Under the pieces are notes generated by a model, which saw only the letters and a list, made by a program, of their open reading frames with translations, was not told where the DNA came from and ran no database searches. Of a DNA stretch of 64,000 nucleotides, positions 56,806 to 64,000 are shown one piece after another (within the stretch, counting starts at the first letter, position 1; each line of letters begins with the position of its first letter). Source of the stretch: a bacterium (lineage in GTDB: Bacteria > Verrucomicrobiota > Kiritimatiellia > RFP12 > UBA1067); assembly GCA_025360845.1 (NCBI GenBank), contig JANYBJ010000015.1:2360-66359 (forward strand), written 5' to 3'. The translations under genes and the position numbers were made by a program.

Positions 56806-57297
56806 ATGAAAAAAGCGATTGTTGTTTCCTTCTTGCTGGCCCTCGGTTGCGCAGTGACCTCGCAGGCTGTGGTGATCCACTGGGCGGTTGATGCCCCGTT
56901 GAGCGGCACCTCTTCGGCGGTCTTGGTCTACGTGTCGAGCGGCACGCCGGCTTATGCGGGCGGTGCGATAGCGACCGGCGTGGAATTGGGCACGGCCGTC
57001 TCCGGTCTGGCGATCACGCCGCTCGGCATCGGCGAGCAGGCCACGACAGACGGCACGGTTCGCGGCGAGGGCGGCTATTACGTGGTGCTCTTCAATGACG
57101 CACATCAGTATTCGTACAGTTCCGCCTTGGCGTACAACAGCTCCTCGGCGATCACCGCTGATGCGATGACACCTTCGACGGGCGTTTTCTCGCCGACCGA
57201 GTTTTCACAGTGGGCAGCGGTGCCTGAGCCTAGCACGGCGGCGCTGCTGTGCATCGGCGCGGCTGCGGCTGCGTTGCGCCGCAGAAAACGGGTTTGA
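56806..57297 (+). CDS. PEP-CTERM sorting-domain protein
   Basis: N-terminal signal peptide; C-terminal 'VPEPSTAALLCIGAAAAALRRRKRV' = VPEP + TM helix + Arg cluster (exosortase recognition domain). Confidence 0.8.
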   Translation: MKKAIVVSFLLALGCAVTSQAVVIHWAVDAPLSGTSSAVLVYVSSGTPAYAGGAIATGVELGTAVSGLAITPLGIGEQATTDGTVRGEGGYYVVLFNDAHQYSYSSALAYNSSSAITADAMTPSTGVFSPTEFSQWAAVPEPSTAALLCIGAAAAALRRRKRV

Positions 57298-57320
57298 TGC
57301 GCACCACAGCGACGTAAACG

Positions 57321-57350
57321 GGCGGCATCTTCGGTTGCCGCCTTTTTTTA
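57321..57350 (+). terminator. Rho-independent terminator
   Basis: 'gggcggcatcttcggttgccgcc' stem-loop + 'ttttttta'. Confidence 0.7.
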
Positions 57351-57393
57351 TTTCTACGGAGTATAGGCCCGGTTACGCTCGGAGGATCGAAGC

Positions 57394-60300
57394 ATGTTGT
57401 TTCTCCCGTTCCGTCCGATCACGCATGGACGCTGGCGCCGGTCGCGCTGGCCTTGTCTGCTGTTCTTCGCCGCCGCTCTGGCGCTCTACGGAAGCACGGT
57501 TGTCACCTATGCCTTCCCGGGCACTTCCGCAACGTGGATCGCCTGGGTGGCCGGGCTGGATGTCCGCGAGGTGCCTACTCGCCCGCTCTTGACCGCGCTG
57601 GGCCACTGGGTGGCCGGTCTCGGGCTGCCGCACCTCTCGCTGGCCTTGCGCTTGAACCTGCTGGCCGCGCTGGCCGGGGCGCTGGCGGTGGGGTGGGTCT
57701 ACAAGCTGGTCTGGTTTGCGGTCTTCGAGGTGATGCGGGAGGAGTCCGCGGTCACCCACGCCTCGCGGAACGCCCGGTATGGCGGCGCTGTGGCGTCGCT
57801 GGCCGTGGCGGTGAGCTTGCCGGTCTGGCAGGCGGCCACCCGCTTCAGTCCCGAGATCTTCGATGTCGCGCTCTTGCTCTTTTGCGCCCAGTTGCTGACG
57901 GTTTACGCCTATTCGCAAAAGGTCATCTGGCTGCTGCTGTTCGGTGCCGCTTACGGAGCGGGCGTTGCGGAGTCGCCTTTGTTCATCGTGGCCGCGCCGG
58001 TGATGGCCGCCTTCGCGGTGGTGATGGAGTGGAAGCTCGTCTGGTGCCGGGTGGGGCGGCTTTTCGCCGCCGCCTGGCTCGCGCTGGCGGTTCTGGTTGG
58101 GCTTCACTATGTGTCGGCACGCGGCTTTGCCCTCGCGCACGGTGAAGCTCCGACGCTGCATGCGCTTCTCCCCATCGTGGTCGGCGTGCTACGCGACCAA
58201 GCCGATGTGATCTCACACCTGTTGCCGAGGCACCTGTGGTTCCCGGTGTTCGCGATGGGTCTTGGCGCGGCCGCGCTGTCGTTCTTCGCCGCTTTCAAGA
58301 CGCTCGACAATCGTCGGACGTGGAGCCTGTTGGTCTTGAGCGGCGTCTTGACGGTGTCGGCGGTCTTGATGATGTTCAATGTGCCGATCTCGCCGTGGGG
58401 GGTGACGGCGTCTAAAGGGGTGATCCCTGCCGCCACCTACACGCTGGCGGGCATCGGGGTCGGGTTGCTCGTGGCTTCGTGGCGGGCATTGGCCGTGTTG
58501 AACGATCCGCTGAGCACCGAAGCTTCCTCCGAAACGGAGGACGAGCATACAGAGGACGTGAGTGTGGCCGCAGATGAAAAATCCAAGACGCGGGTTTTCA
58601 TGGCAGGGCGTGGCACGGGCATTTTGCTCGTACCTGTGCTGGTGGGGTTGCTTGCCGTCTCCGGCGTGTTGAACGGAAGGTTCCAGACAGCCGACAACGG
58701 CGCGTTCGCCGATCAGGCGGCCGACACCGTGCTGGACGGACTGCAGGGTCGGGTCTGGCTGGTGGCGAACGGCCTGATCGACCCCAACCTGCTGATCCGG
58801 GCGCATGAGCGGGGCGTTCCGGTCAAGCTGCTGTGCCCGTATCGTGCGACCGAACGGAACTATGCGGCCCACATCTTGCGTGCGATCAACGAGGACGCTT
58901 CTTTTTCTGAAAACGCCAAGCTGCGGGCGGAGAGTCTGGTCAACTACAATCTCTTCACGTTCATCGACGATCTTTTTTCGACGGATGCCGCGATCGGCAG
59001 TCGGGCGGTGTGCATGGGGCTGCCGGACATCTGGTACGGCTCGGGGTGGGTTCCGGTTCCCGAGCGGCTTTTTTATGGCGGTGTCAAGAGCGGCGGGGAG
59101 CTTAAGACGCGCGACCTGTTGAAGGAACATGCGGCTTTCTGGCAGGCGTGGGAAGCCTTCCTGTGTACGCCTGACGGCTATCCGCAGCAGTTGTCCTACC
59201 GCCATCGCGTCGCCCTGCGGCGGCACCTCGCTTTTGTCGCGAATAATCTGGGGGTGACGCTGGACGATATCGGCAGGCCTGAGGAGGCGTTTACCGCGTA
59301 CCTCAAAGCCCGGGCCATGTCGCCGGAGAACATCAGCGCGCTGCTGAATGTCTTCGAGATGGTCTCGCGCGGCATCCACCCGGAGATGAAGGAGTCCGTG
59401 GAGTATCAGCTCCGGCGCAAAGTCGAGAACACCAAAGACCGGTATCCGCTGTGGTCGCTCAGCCGGCATTATGGCTATGTCCGGAACTACGACCTGTTTG
59501 TGAAGATGGGGTGGTCGTGGGCCTTGTCGAGCAGTCCGGGATCGGTGCTTGCGGGCTTGCGCAGCGCCTATTCGCTGCAACAGGACGAGGACAAGCGTGC
59601 GGCTCTGACGGCGATGATGGCGTCGGTCTACGAAATGCGCGGCGATTTCACCCAAAGCGCGGAAGAGTACAGGAAGACGATTCTGAGCGACCCCAAAAAC
59701 ACCTTCGCGATTTCCGGTTTAGTCCGCATGGCGCTCCAGCAGAACGTGGTTGAGGACGCGCGAAAGGTTTTGGAGACCGGCGAGGCGGCGGGCGCGCCGA
59801 AGCGTCTACTCCGGCAAGATTGGGCCGCGCTGTATCTGGCCTCCGGCGACCTGCCGCGGGCGCGTGTGCTGTTGCAGGAACTCGGCGACGAGCCGGGCGC
59901 TTCGCCCATGACCTTGGCGATGCTGGCGATGGTGATGCTCGAGCAGCAGGACGCGGCGGCGGTGGAGACGAAGATCTTGCCCAAGCTGGCCAAAGCCGCA
60001 GACGGCAAGGATTCCTACTTTGCGCAGGTGGTTCAGGGCCGGGTGTGGCAGACCAAGGGCAAGGCGGGGTACAAAAACGCGCGGCTCTGCTACCAACGTG
60101 CCGCGCTGCTCCGTCCGGATGTGCAGGCGCTGCAGGAGGTGATGCTGATGTTGGATGTTTCGCTGGAAGATCAGGGGGCTGCCGAAGTCCATGCGCTGGC
60201 GATCCTGCGGCAGCGCTCCGATAACCCGTACGCCAATTTCATCATGGGGTCGATCCGTCTGGAGCAGGGGCAGTATGGCGATGCCGAAACCTATCTGCGG

Positions 60301-60708
60301 CGCAGCGTGTCCGGTTCCGCGCCGACACTGGCGGCGCTCAACAACTACGCCCAGGTGCTCTGCCGCATCCGCAAGCTGGACGAAGCCGAGACGGTCGCCC
60401 GCAAGGCCACCGAGCGCGAACCCGGCCGGTACGAGGGCTGGGCCACGCTGGCTTTTGTGCTTGCTGAGAAAGAGAACGCGGAAGGCGCGTCCGGGGCGCT
60501 GGCCAAGGCCCGCGCGGTCAGCAGCGCCGACAAGAGGCTCTTTCTCGTGGAGGCCCTGATCGCGGTCAAACGCGGGGATGCGGAGGGCGCGGAAAAGGCG
60601 GTCGGGAGCGTGGGGGCGGAGAACAAGCTTTCGACGGCAGACCGCCGCGAATTGAACAGTCTGCGCGATGACATCGCGAGGCTGCGGCAAAAAAAGGCGC
60701 GGCCGTAA
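57394..60708 (+). CDS. Large polytopic membrane protein with C-terminal TPR repeats (DUF2723/TMEM260-like, putative glycosyltransferase-fold)
   Basis: RBS 'ggagga' then ATG 57394; about 10-12 TM helices in first 450 aa; C-terminal half rich in TPR-like helical repeats ('AYLKARAMSPEN', 'YQRAALLRPD', 'ANFIMGSIRLEQGQYGDAE'). Confidence 0.6.
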   Translation: MLFLPFRPITHGRWRRSRWPCLLFFAAALALYGSTVVTYAFPGTSATWIAWVAGLDVREVPTRPLLTALGHWVAGLGLPHLSLALRLNLLAALAGALAVGWVYKLVWFAVFEVMREESAVTHASRNARYGGAVASLAVAVSLPVWQAATRFSPEIFDVALLLFCAQLLTVYAYSQKVIWLLLFGAAYGAGVAESPLFIVAAPVMAAFAVVMEWKLVWCRVGRLFAAAWLALAVLVGLHYVSARGFALAHGEAPTLHALLPIVVGVLRDQADVISHLLPRHLWFPVFAMGLGAAALSFFAAFKTLDNRRTWSLLVLSGVLTVSAVLMMFNVPISPWGVTASKGVIPAATYTLAGIGVGLLVASWRALAVLNDPLSTEASSETEDEHTEDVSVAADEKSKTRVFMAGRGTGILLVPVLVGLLAVSGVLNGRFQTADNGAFADQAADTVLDGLQGRVWLVANGLIDPNLLIRAHERGVPVKLLCPYRATERNYAAHILRAINEDASFSENAKLRAESLVNYNLFTFIDDLFSTDAAIGSRAVCMGLPDIWYGSGWVPVPERLFYGGVKSGGELKTRDLLKEHAAFWQAWEAFLCTPDGYPQQLSYRHRVALRRHLAFVANNLGVTLDDIGRPEEAFTAYLKARAMSPENISALLNVFEMVSRGIHPEMKESVEYQLRRKVENTKDRYPLWSLSRHYGYVRNYDLFVKMGWSWALSSSPGSVLAGLRSAYSLQQDEDKRAALTAMMASVYEMRGDFTQSAEEYRKTILSDPKNTFAISGLVRMALQQNVVEDARKVLETGEAAGAPKRLLRQDWAALYLASGDLPRARVLLQELGDEPGASPMTLAMLAMVMLEQQDAAAVETKILPKLAKAADGKDSYFAQVVQGRVWQTKGKAGYKNARLCYQRAALLRPDVQALQEVMLMLDVSLEDQGAAEVHALAILRQRSDNPYANFIMGSIRLEQGQYGDAETYLRRSVSGSAPTLAALNNYAQVLCRIRKLDEAETVARKATEREPGRYEGWATLAFVLAEKENAEGASGALAKARAVSSADKRLFLVEALIAVKRGDAEGAEKAVGSVGAENKLSTADRRELNSLRDDIARLRQKKARP

Positions 60709-60727
60709 GGCGCGCCGCTACCGCTTT

Positions 60728-61528
60728 TCAAGAATCGCGCAGCCGGAAGATCAGCGTGAGGCGTGCGGCCGACTCGACGGGCTTGCCGTCGCGCATGCCG
60801 GGCTTGAAATGAGCCTTGGCTACGGCGAGTTCGGCGGCGTGGTCGAGGTCCGCAAAACCGCTGGAGGAAACACTCACGACTTTGGAGGCGCGGCCGTCGG
60901 CGGCGACCGTCACGTCGAGAATCACGGTGCCTTCCTCATTGCGGCGGCGCGAGCCGATGGGATAGTTGGGCTTAATCGCGCGCTTCAGCGAGGGTTGGGC
61001 GTCCACGCGCTCGCTGGCGCCTCCTCCGGCGCCGACCGTCTGAAGGGTGGCCGGGGGCCCCGAGGGGCCGGGCGATGTGGCGGCCTGCGCGACGCCTGTG
61101 GCGGCCTGCGCGACGCCTGTGGCGGGCTGGACAGGCGCGGGTGCCGGGGAAGCGGGTGCCGGGGACGGCGCGGGCAGGGGAATCACGACGGGAGAAGGTT
61201 CCGTTTGAAACACGGGAAGCGGCGGAGGGGTCAGAGCTTCGGTAAAGTCGGGCTTGTCGGGCAGCGCTTCTGCGGGCGCGGGCTCGACGGACTGCGGAAG
61301 CGGGAGCGGTTCGGGGTTTGGCATCGAGGGCTGGACGTCGGAGTTTGGGGAGGAGGGCGAATCAATCGTCGGCTCCTCGATCGATACCAAGACGGAGGTC
61401 ACCTCCAACTCTGGCGCGGCGGCGGCCAGTTCGAGAGCTTGTGAAAGCTGGCTGCCCACGACGAACAGCCCCACGACATGCAGCAGCACGGCCAACATGA
61501 AACTGTCAATATGGTCAGAGAAGTTCAC
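60728..61528 (-). CDS. TonB-family energy transducer (Pro-rich spacer + C-terminal TonB domain)
   Basis: N-terminal TM 'FMLAVLLHVVGLFVVG', Pro-rich 'PEPLPLPQSVEPAPAE...PLPAPSPAPASPAPAP', C-terminal 'KPNYPIGSRRRNEEGTVILDVTVAADG' TonB_C-like; GTG start at 61528 or ATG 61498. Confidence 0.7.
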   Translation of the reverse strand: MNFSDHIDSFMLAVLLHVVGLFVVGSQLSQALELAAAAPELEVTSVLVSIEEPTIDSPSSPNSDVQPSMPNPEPLPLPQSVEPAPAEALPDKPDFTEALTPPPLPVFQTEPSPVVIPLPAPSPAPASPAPAPVQPATGVAQAATGVAQAATSPGPSGPPATLQTVGAGGGASERVDAQPSLKRAIKPNYPIGSRRRNEEGTVILDVTVAADGRASKVVSVSSSGFADLDHAAELAVAKAHFKPGMRDGKPVESAARLTLIFRLRDS

Positions 61529-61561
61529 TTGTCCGCACTCTTCCCTTGGCCTGCCTCAGCC

Positions 61562-62545
61562 TCACATCACCTTCATTTTGGGCAGATCCTGAATATCCAC
61601 GTAACCGACCAGCTTACCCTCGGCGTCGACCACGGGCAGGTCGTCGATCTTGTACTTCTCAAAAAGGCGGAGCACCTCCACCGCGAAGGCCTCGTCGGAG
61701 ACGGAGATGGGCTTGTGCGTCATGACCGAATGGATGGGGCTGCGGAGAATGTCTTGCCCTTCGGAGAGGTGGCGGCGCAGGTCGCCGTCGGTGAAGATCC
61801 CCGCGAGGCGGCCGTCGGCGTGGGCCACGAGCGCGGCGCCGCTTTTGGCCGTCGTCATGGCCATGATGGCGTCCTTGATCGTGGCCGATTGCGGCAGGCG
61901 GGCCAGGCGCTCGCCGGTGCGCATGATGTCCTTCACGCGCAGGACGAGCGCGCGCCCGATGGCGCCGGCCGGGTGGAGCTTGGCATAGCTTTCCTTGTTG
62001 AAATTGCGGGCTTCGATCAGCACCATGGCAAGCGCGTCGCCCACGGCCATCGTGGCGGTGGTGCTGGTCGTGGGGGCCATGCCGAAGGGGCAGGCCTCTT
62101 TGCCGATCCGCACGCAAAGCACCACGTCGCTCAGGCGGGCGAGCGTGCTGTCCGCGTTGCCGACCATGCCGATGACCGGGATGTTGAGGCGGCGCACGGC
62201 GGGGATGAGCTTGATGACCTCGTCCGACTCGCCGGAGAAACTGAGCGCGAGCAACACATCGTCCTCGGCGATCATGCCGAGGTCGCCGTGCATGGCTTGG
62301 ATGGGATTCATGACCACGCTGGTCGAGCCGGTGCTGGCGAGCGTGGCCGAAAGTTTTTCGGCGATGTGCAGGTTCTTGCCGACGCCGGTGACGACGATCT
62401 TGCCGCCCTTGTCGAGCGTCTTGAGGATGAGTCGGACGGTGGCGAGAAAGTCGTCACCGAGCGCGGCTTGGGCGGTGCGCAGACCATCGATTTCGGTGTC
62501 GATGACTGCCCACGCGCGTGAAAGAATAGCGGCATTATCCATCAT
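61562..62545 (-). CDS. kdsD: Arabinose-5-phosphate isomerase (SIS + tandem CBS domains; KdsD/KpsF family)
   Basis: SIS domain 'GKIVVTGVGKNLHIAEKLSATLASTGSTSVVMNP...HGDLGM'; C-terminal CBS pair 'DIMRTGERLARL...','DLPVVDAEGKLVGYVDIQDL'. Confidence 0.8.
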   Translation of the reverse strand: MMDNAAILSRAWAVIDTEIDGLRTAQAALGDDFLATVRLILKTLDKGGKIVVTGVGKNLHIAEKLSATLASTGSTSVVMNPIQAMHGDLGMIAEDDVLLALSFSGESDEVIKLIPAVRRLNIPVIGMVGNADSTLARLSDVVLCVRIGKEACPFGMAPTTSTTATMAVGDALAMVLIEARNFNKESYAKLHPAGAIGRALVLRVKDIMRTGERLARLPQSATIKDAIMAMTTAKSGAALVAHADGRLAGIFTDGDLRRHLSEGQDILRSPIHSVMTHKPISVSDEAFAVEVLRLFEKYKIDDLPVVDAEGKLVGYVDIQDLPKMKVM

Positions 62546-62560
62546 AAAAAAGATCGTTCG

Positions 62561-62618
62561 TAGGGGCGACCGGCCGTACGGGTTCGGGGTAGGGGCGACC
62601 GGTCGGTCGCCCCTACGT
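62561..62618. repeat. GC-rich REP-like hairpin (GTAGGGGCGACCG / CGGTCGCCCCTAC)
   Basis: 'GTAGGGGCGACCGGCCGTACGGGTTCGGGGTAGGGGCGACCGGTCGGTCGCCCCTAC' - 13-bp perfect stem, related GTAGGG ends to the other REP-like copies. Confidence 0.65.
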
Positions 62619-62792
62619 CAGGCGAGCGCACCTGCGCCGCCGTTTTTCTATAAGCGTCTTTCAGTGTATCGCAAAGGGGCGGGGGCGCAAAAGGGTTTTT
62701 TCGAGGTCAAGAATTGACAGGTCGAGGTCAATTCTTGCTATTCCAAAAACAACGGGGAAGCGTATACTGTTCACAAAGCAAGGAGTTTTTTT

Positions 62793-64000
62793 ATGAGCAG
62801 AACGGTTTGGTGTGACGGGGGTTTCCCCAAGGTCGGCATCCGCCCGGTGATCGATGGCCGGCGGCGGGGTGTGCGCGAGTCGCTGGAAGACCAGACGATG
62901 AACATGGCCAAGAGCGCGGCCAAGCTGATCTCGGCGACTCTGAAATATCCGGACGGCTCGCCCGTGCAATGCGTGATCGCCGACACGAACATCGGCGGGT
63001 GCGCCGAGGCCGCGGCCTGCGCGGCGAAGTTCGAGCGCGAGAACGTCGGCGTGTCGCTCACGGTGACGCCCTGCTGGTGTTACGGCACGGAGACCATGGA
63101 TACCAACCCGCATCTGCCCAAGGCGGTGTGGGGTTTCAACGGCACGGAGCGTCCGGGCGCGGTCTATCTGGCCGCCGTGCTGGCGGGCTGCGCGCAGAAG
63201 GGTTTCCCGGCCTATGGCATTTACGGACAAGAGGTTCAGGACCGCACCGACACGTCCATCCCGGCGGACGTCAGCGAGAAGCTCCTGCGCTTTGTCAAGG
63301 GCGGGCTTGCGGTGGCGATGATGCGCGGCAAGTCGTATCTCTCGGTCGGCACCTCGTCGATGGGCATCGCGGGCTCGTTCGTGAATCCCGATTTCTTTCA
63401 GGACTACCTGGGCATGCGCACCGAGAATGTCGACATGTGCGAGGTGGACCGACGCATTGGCGAAGGCATCTACGACCAGGCCGAGTACGGGCTGGCGCTG
63501 GCGTGGGCCAAGAAGTTCTGCAAGGAAGGCAAGGACCTGAACAAAAAAGAGCTTCAGAAATCCCGTGCCGCGAAAGACGCCGACTGGGAGTATGTGGTCA
63601 AGATGGCGCTCATCGTGCGCGACCTGATGGTCGGCAACCCCGCGCTGGAGAAGCTGGGTTACGGCGAAGAGGCCCTCGGCCGCAACGCGATCGCCTCGGG
63701 TTTCCAGGGGCAGCGCCAGTGGACCGACTACAAGCCCAACGGCGACTTCCTGGAGTCGGTGCTCAGCAGCTCCTTCGACTGGAACGGCATCCGTGCGCCG
63801 TATCTGGTGGCGACCGAAAACGATTCGCTCAACGGCGTCTGCATGTTGCTGATGTACCTGCTCACCAACCGCGCGCAGATCTTCGCGGACGTGCGCACCT
63901 ACTGGAGCCCCGAGGCGGTCAAGCGCGTCACCGGCAAAAAGATGACGGGCATCAACGCCAACGGGTTCATCCATCTGCTCAACTCGGGCGCGGCCTGCAT
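62793..64000 (+). CDS. fucI: L-fucose isomerase, 5' portion (3' end outside window)
   Basis: RBS 'aaggag' then ATG 62793; '[32 protein letters not shown]...[13 protein letters not shown]...[16 protein letters not shown]...[14 protein letters not shown]...[13 protein letters not shown]' closely parallels FucI; the long minus-strand ORF 62661..63974 here is an artefact. Confidence 0.85.
   Translation, partial: MSRTVWCDGGFPKVGIRPVIDGRRRGVRESLEDQTMNMAKSAAKLISATLKYPDGSPVQCVIADTNIGGCAEAAACAAKFERENVGVSLTVTPCWCYGTETMDTNPHLPKAVWGFNGTERPGAVYLAAVLAGCAQKGFPAYGIYGQEVQDRTDTSIPADVSEKLLRFVKGGLAVAMMRGKSYLSVGTSSMGIAGSFVNPDFFQDYLGMRTENVDMCEVDRRIGEGIYDQAEYGLALAWAKKFCKEGKDLNKKELQKSRAAKDADWEYVVKMALIVRDLMVGNPALEKLGYGEEALGRNAIASGFQGQRQWTDYKPNGDFLESVLSSSFDWNGIRAPYLVATENDSLNGVCMLLMYLLTNRAQIFADVRTYWSPEAVKRVTGKKMTGINANGFIHLLNSGAAC

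Noticed and set aside
61081-61125. Tandem 21-bp repeat (GCGACGCCTGTGGCGGCCTGC x2) inside the TonB gene
   Set aside because: It is an in-frame duplication of 'ATGVAQA' in the Pro/Ala-rich linker. This is a common slippage in low-complexity TonB spacers and not a separate feature.

Overview
High-GC (about 60-68% in most genes) bacterial chromosomal segment covering the replication-origin neighbourhood. By eye it is most consistent with a PVC-superphylum (Verrucomicrobiota-like) organism: many prepilin-type pseudopilins, a PEP-CTERM protein, and CBM9/DOMON-like giant secreted proteins.

Gene content, in order:
- 5' end: a partial HAD-type nucleotidase gene and a pgsA-like gene.
- A locus of three secreted proteins of about 1,200 aa each. 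Two are tandem paralogs with a TIM-barrel glycosidase-like core; the third is a beta-propeller/CBM9-like protein.
- Two back-to-back type II toxin-antitoxin modules (BrnT/BrnA and VapB/VapC).
- A secreted clan GH-A glycoside hydrolase with a C-terminal CBM9-like module.
- A SWIM-zinc-finger / SNF2-helicase gene pair on the minus strand.
- A Spy/CpxP-like periplasmic protein, then an AT-rich putative oriC spacer, dnaA and dnaN.
- tRNA-Gln(CUG), tex, mnmE, a membrane protein, and mnmG, which carries an apparent in-frame palindromic insertion.
- A 1,866-aa S8 subtilisin-like giant, an ABC permease and rubrerythrin.
- rpmE, prfA, and a DedA-family protein.
- A T2SS/T4P-like module: a gspF-like platform gene and seven prepilin-type pseudopilin genes, the last a 961-aa GspK-like giant. 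It is bracketed by two paralogous LamG/ConA-like secreted proteins and followed by two secreted unknowns and a PEP-CTERM protein.
- A large TM+TPR (DUF2723/TMEM260-like) membrane protein, TonB, KpsF/KdsD, and the 5' part of fucI.

Two families of structured intergenic repeats were seen. One is a GC-rich REP-like family with GTAGGGRCG...CGYCCCTAC ends, present at about six sites including a 115-bp tandem duplication. The other is an AAGATTACGA-type hairpin element followed by a conserved CCGTTNAAGTTAT motif upstream of pseudopilin operons. Many long minus-strand ORFs overlapping the large plus-strand genes are high-GC artefacts. All functional calls are by eye from motifs; no database searches were run.
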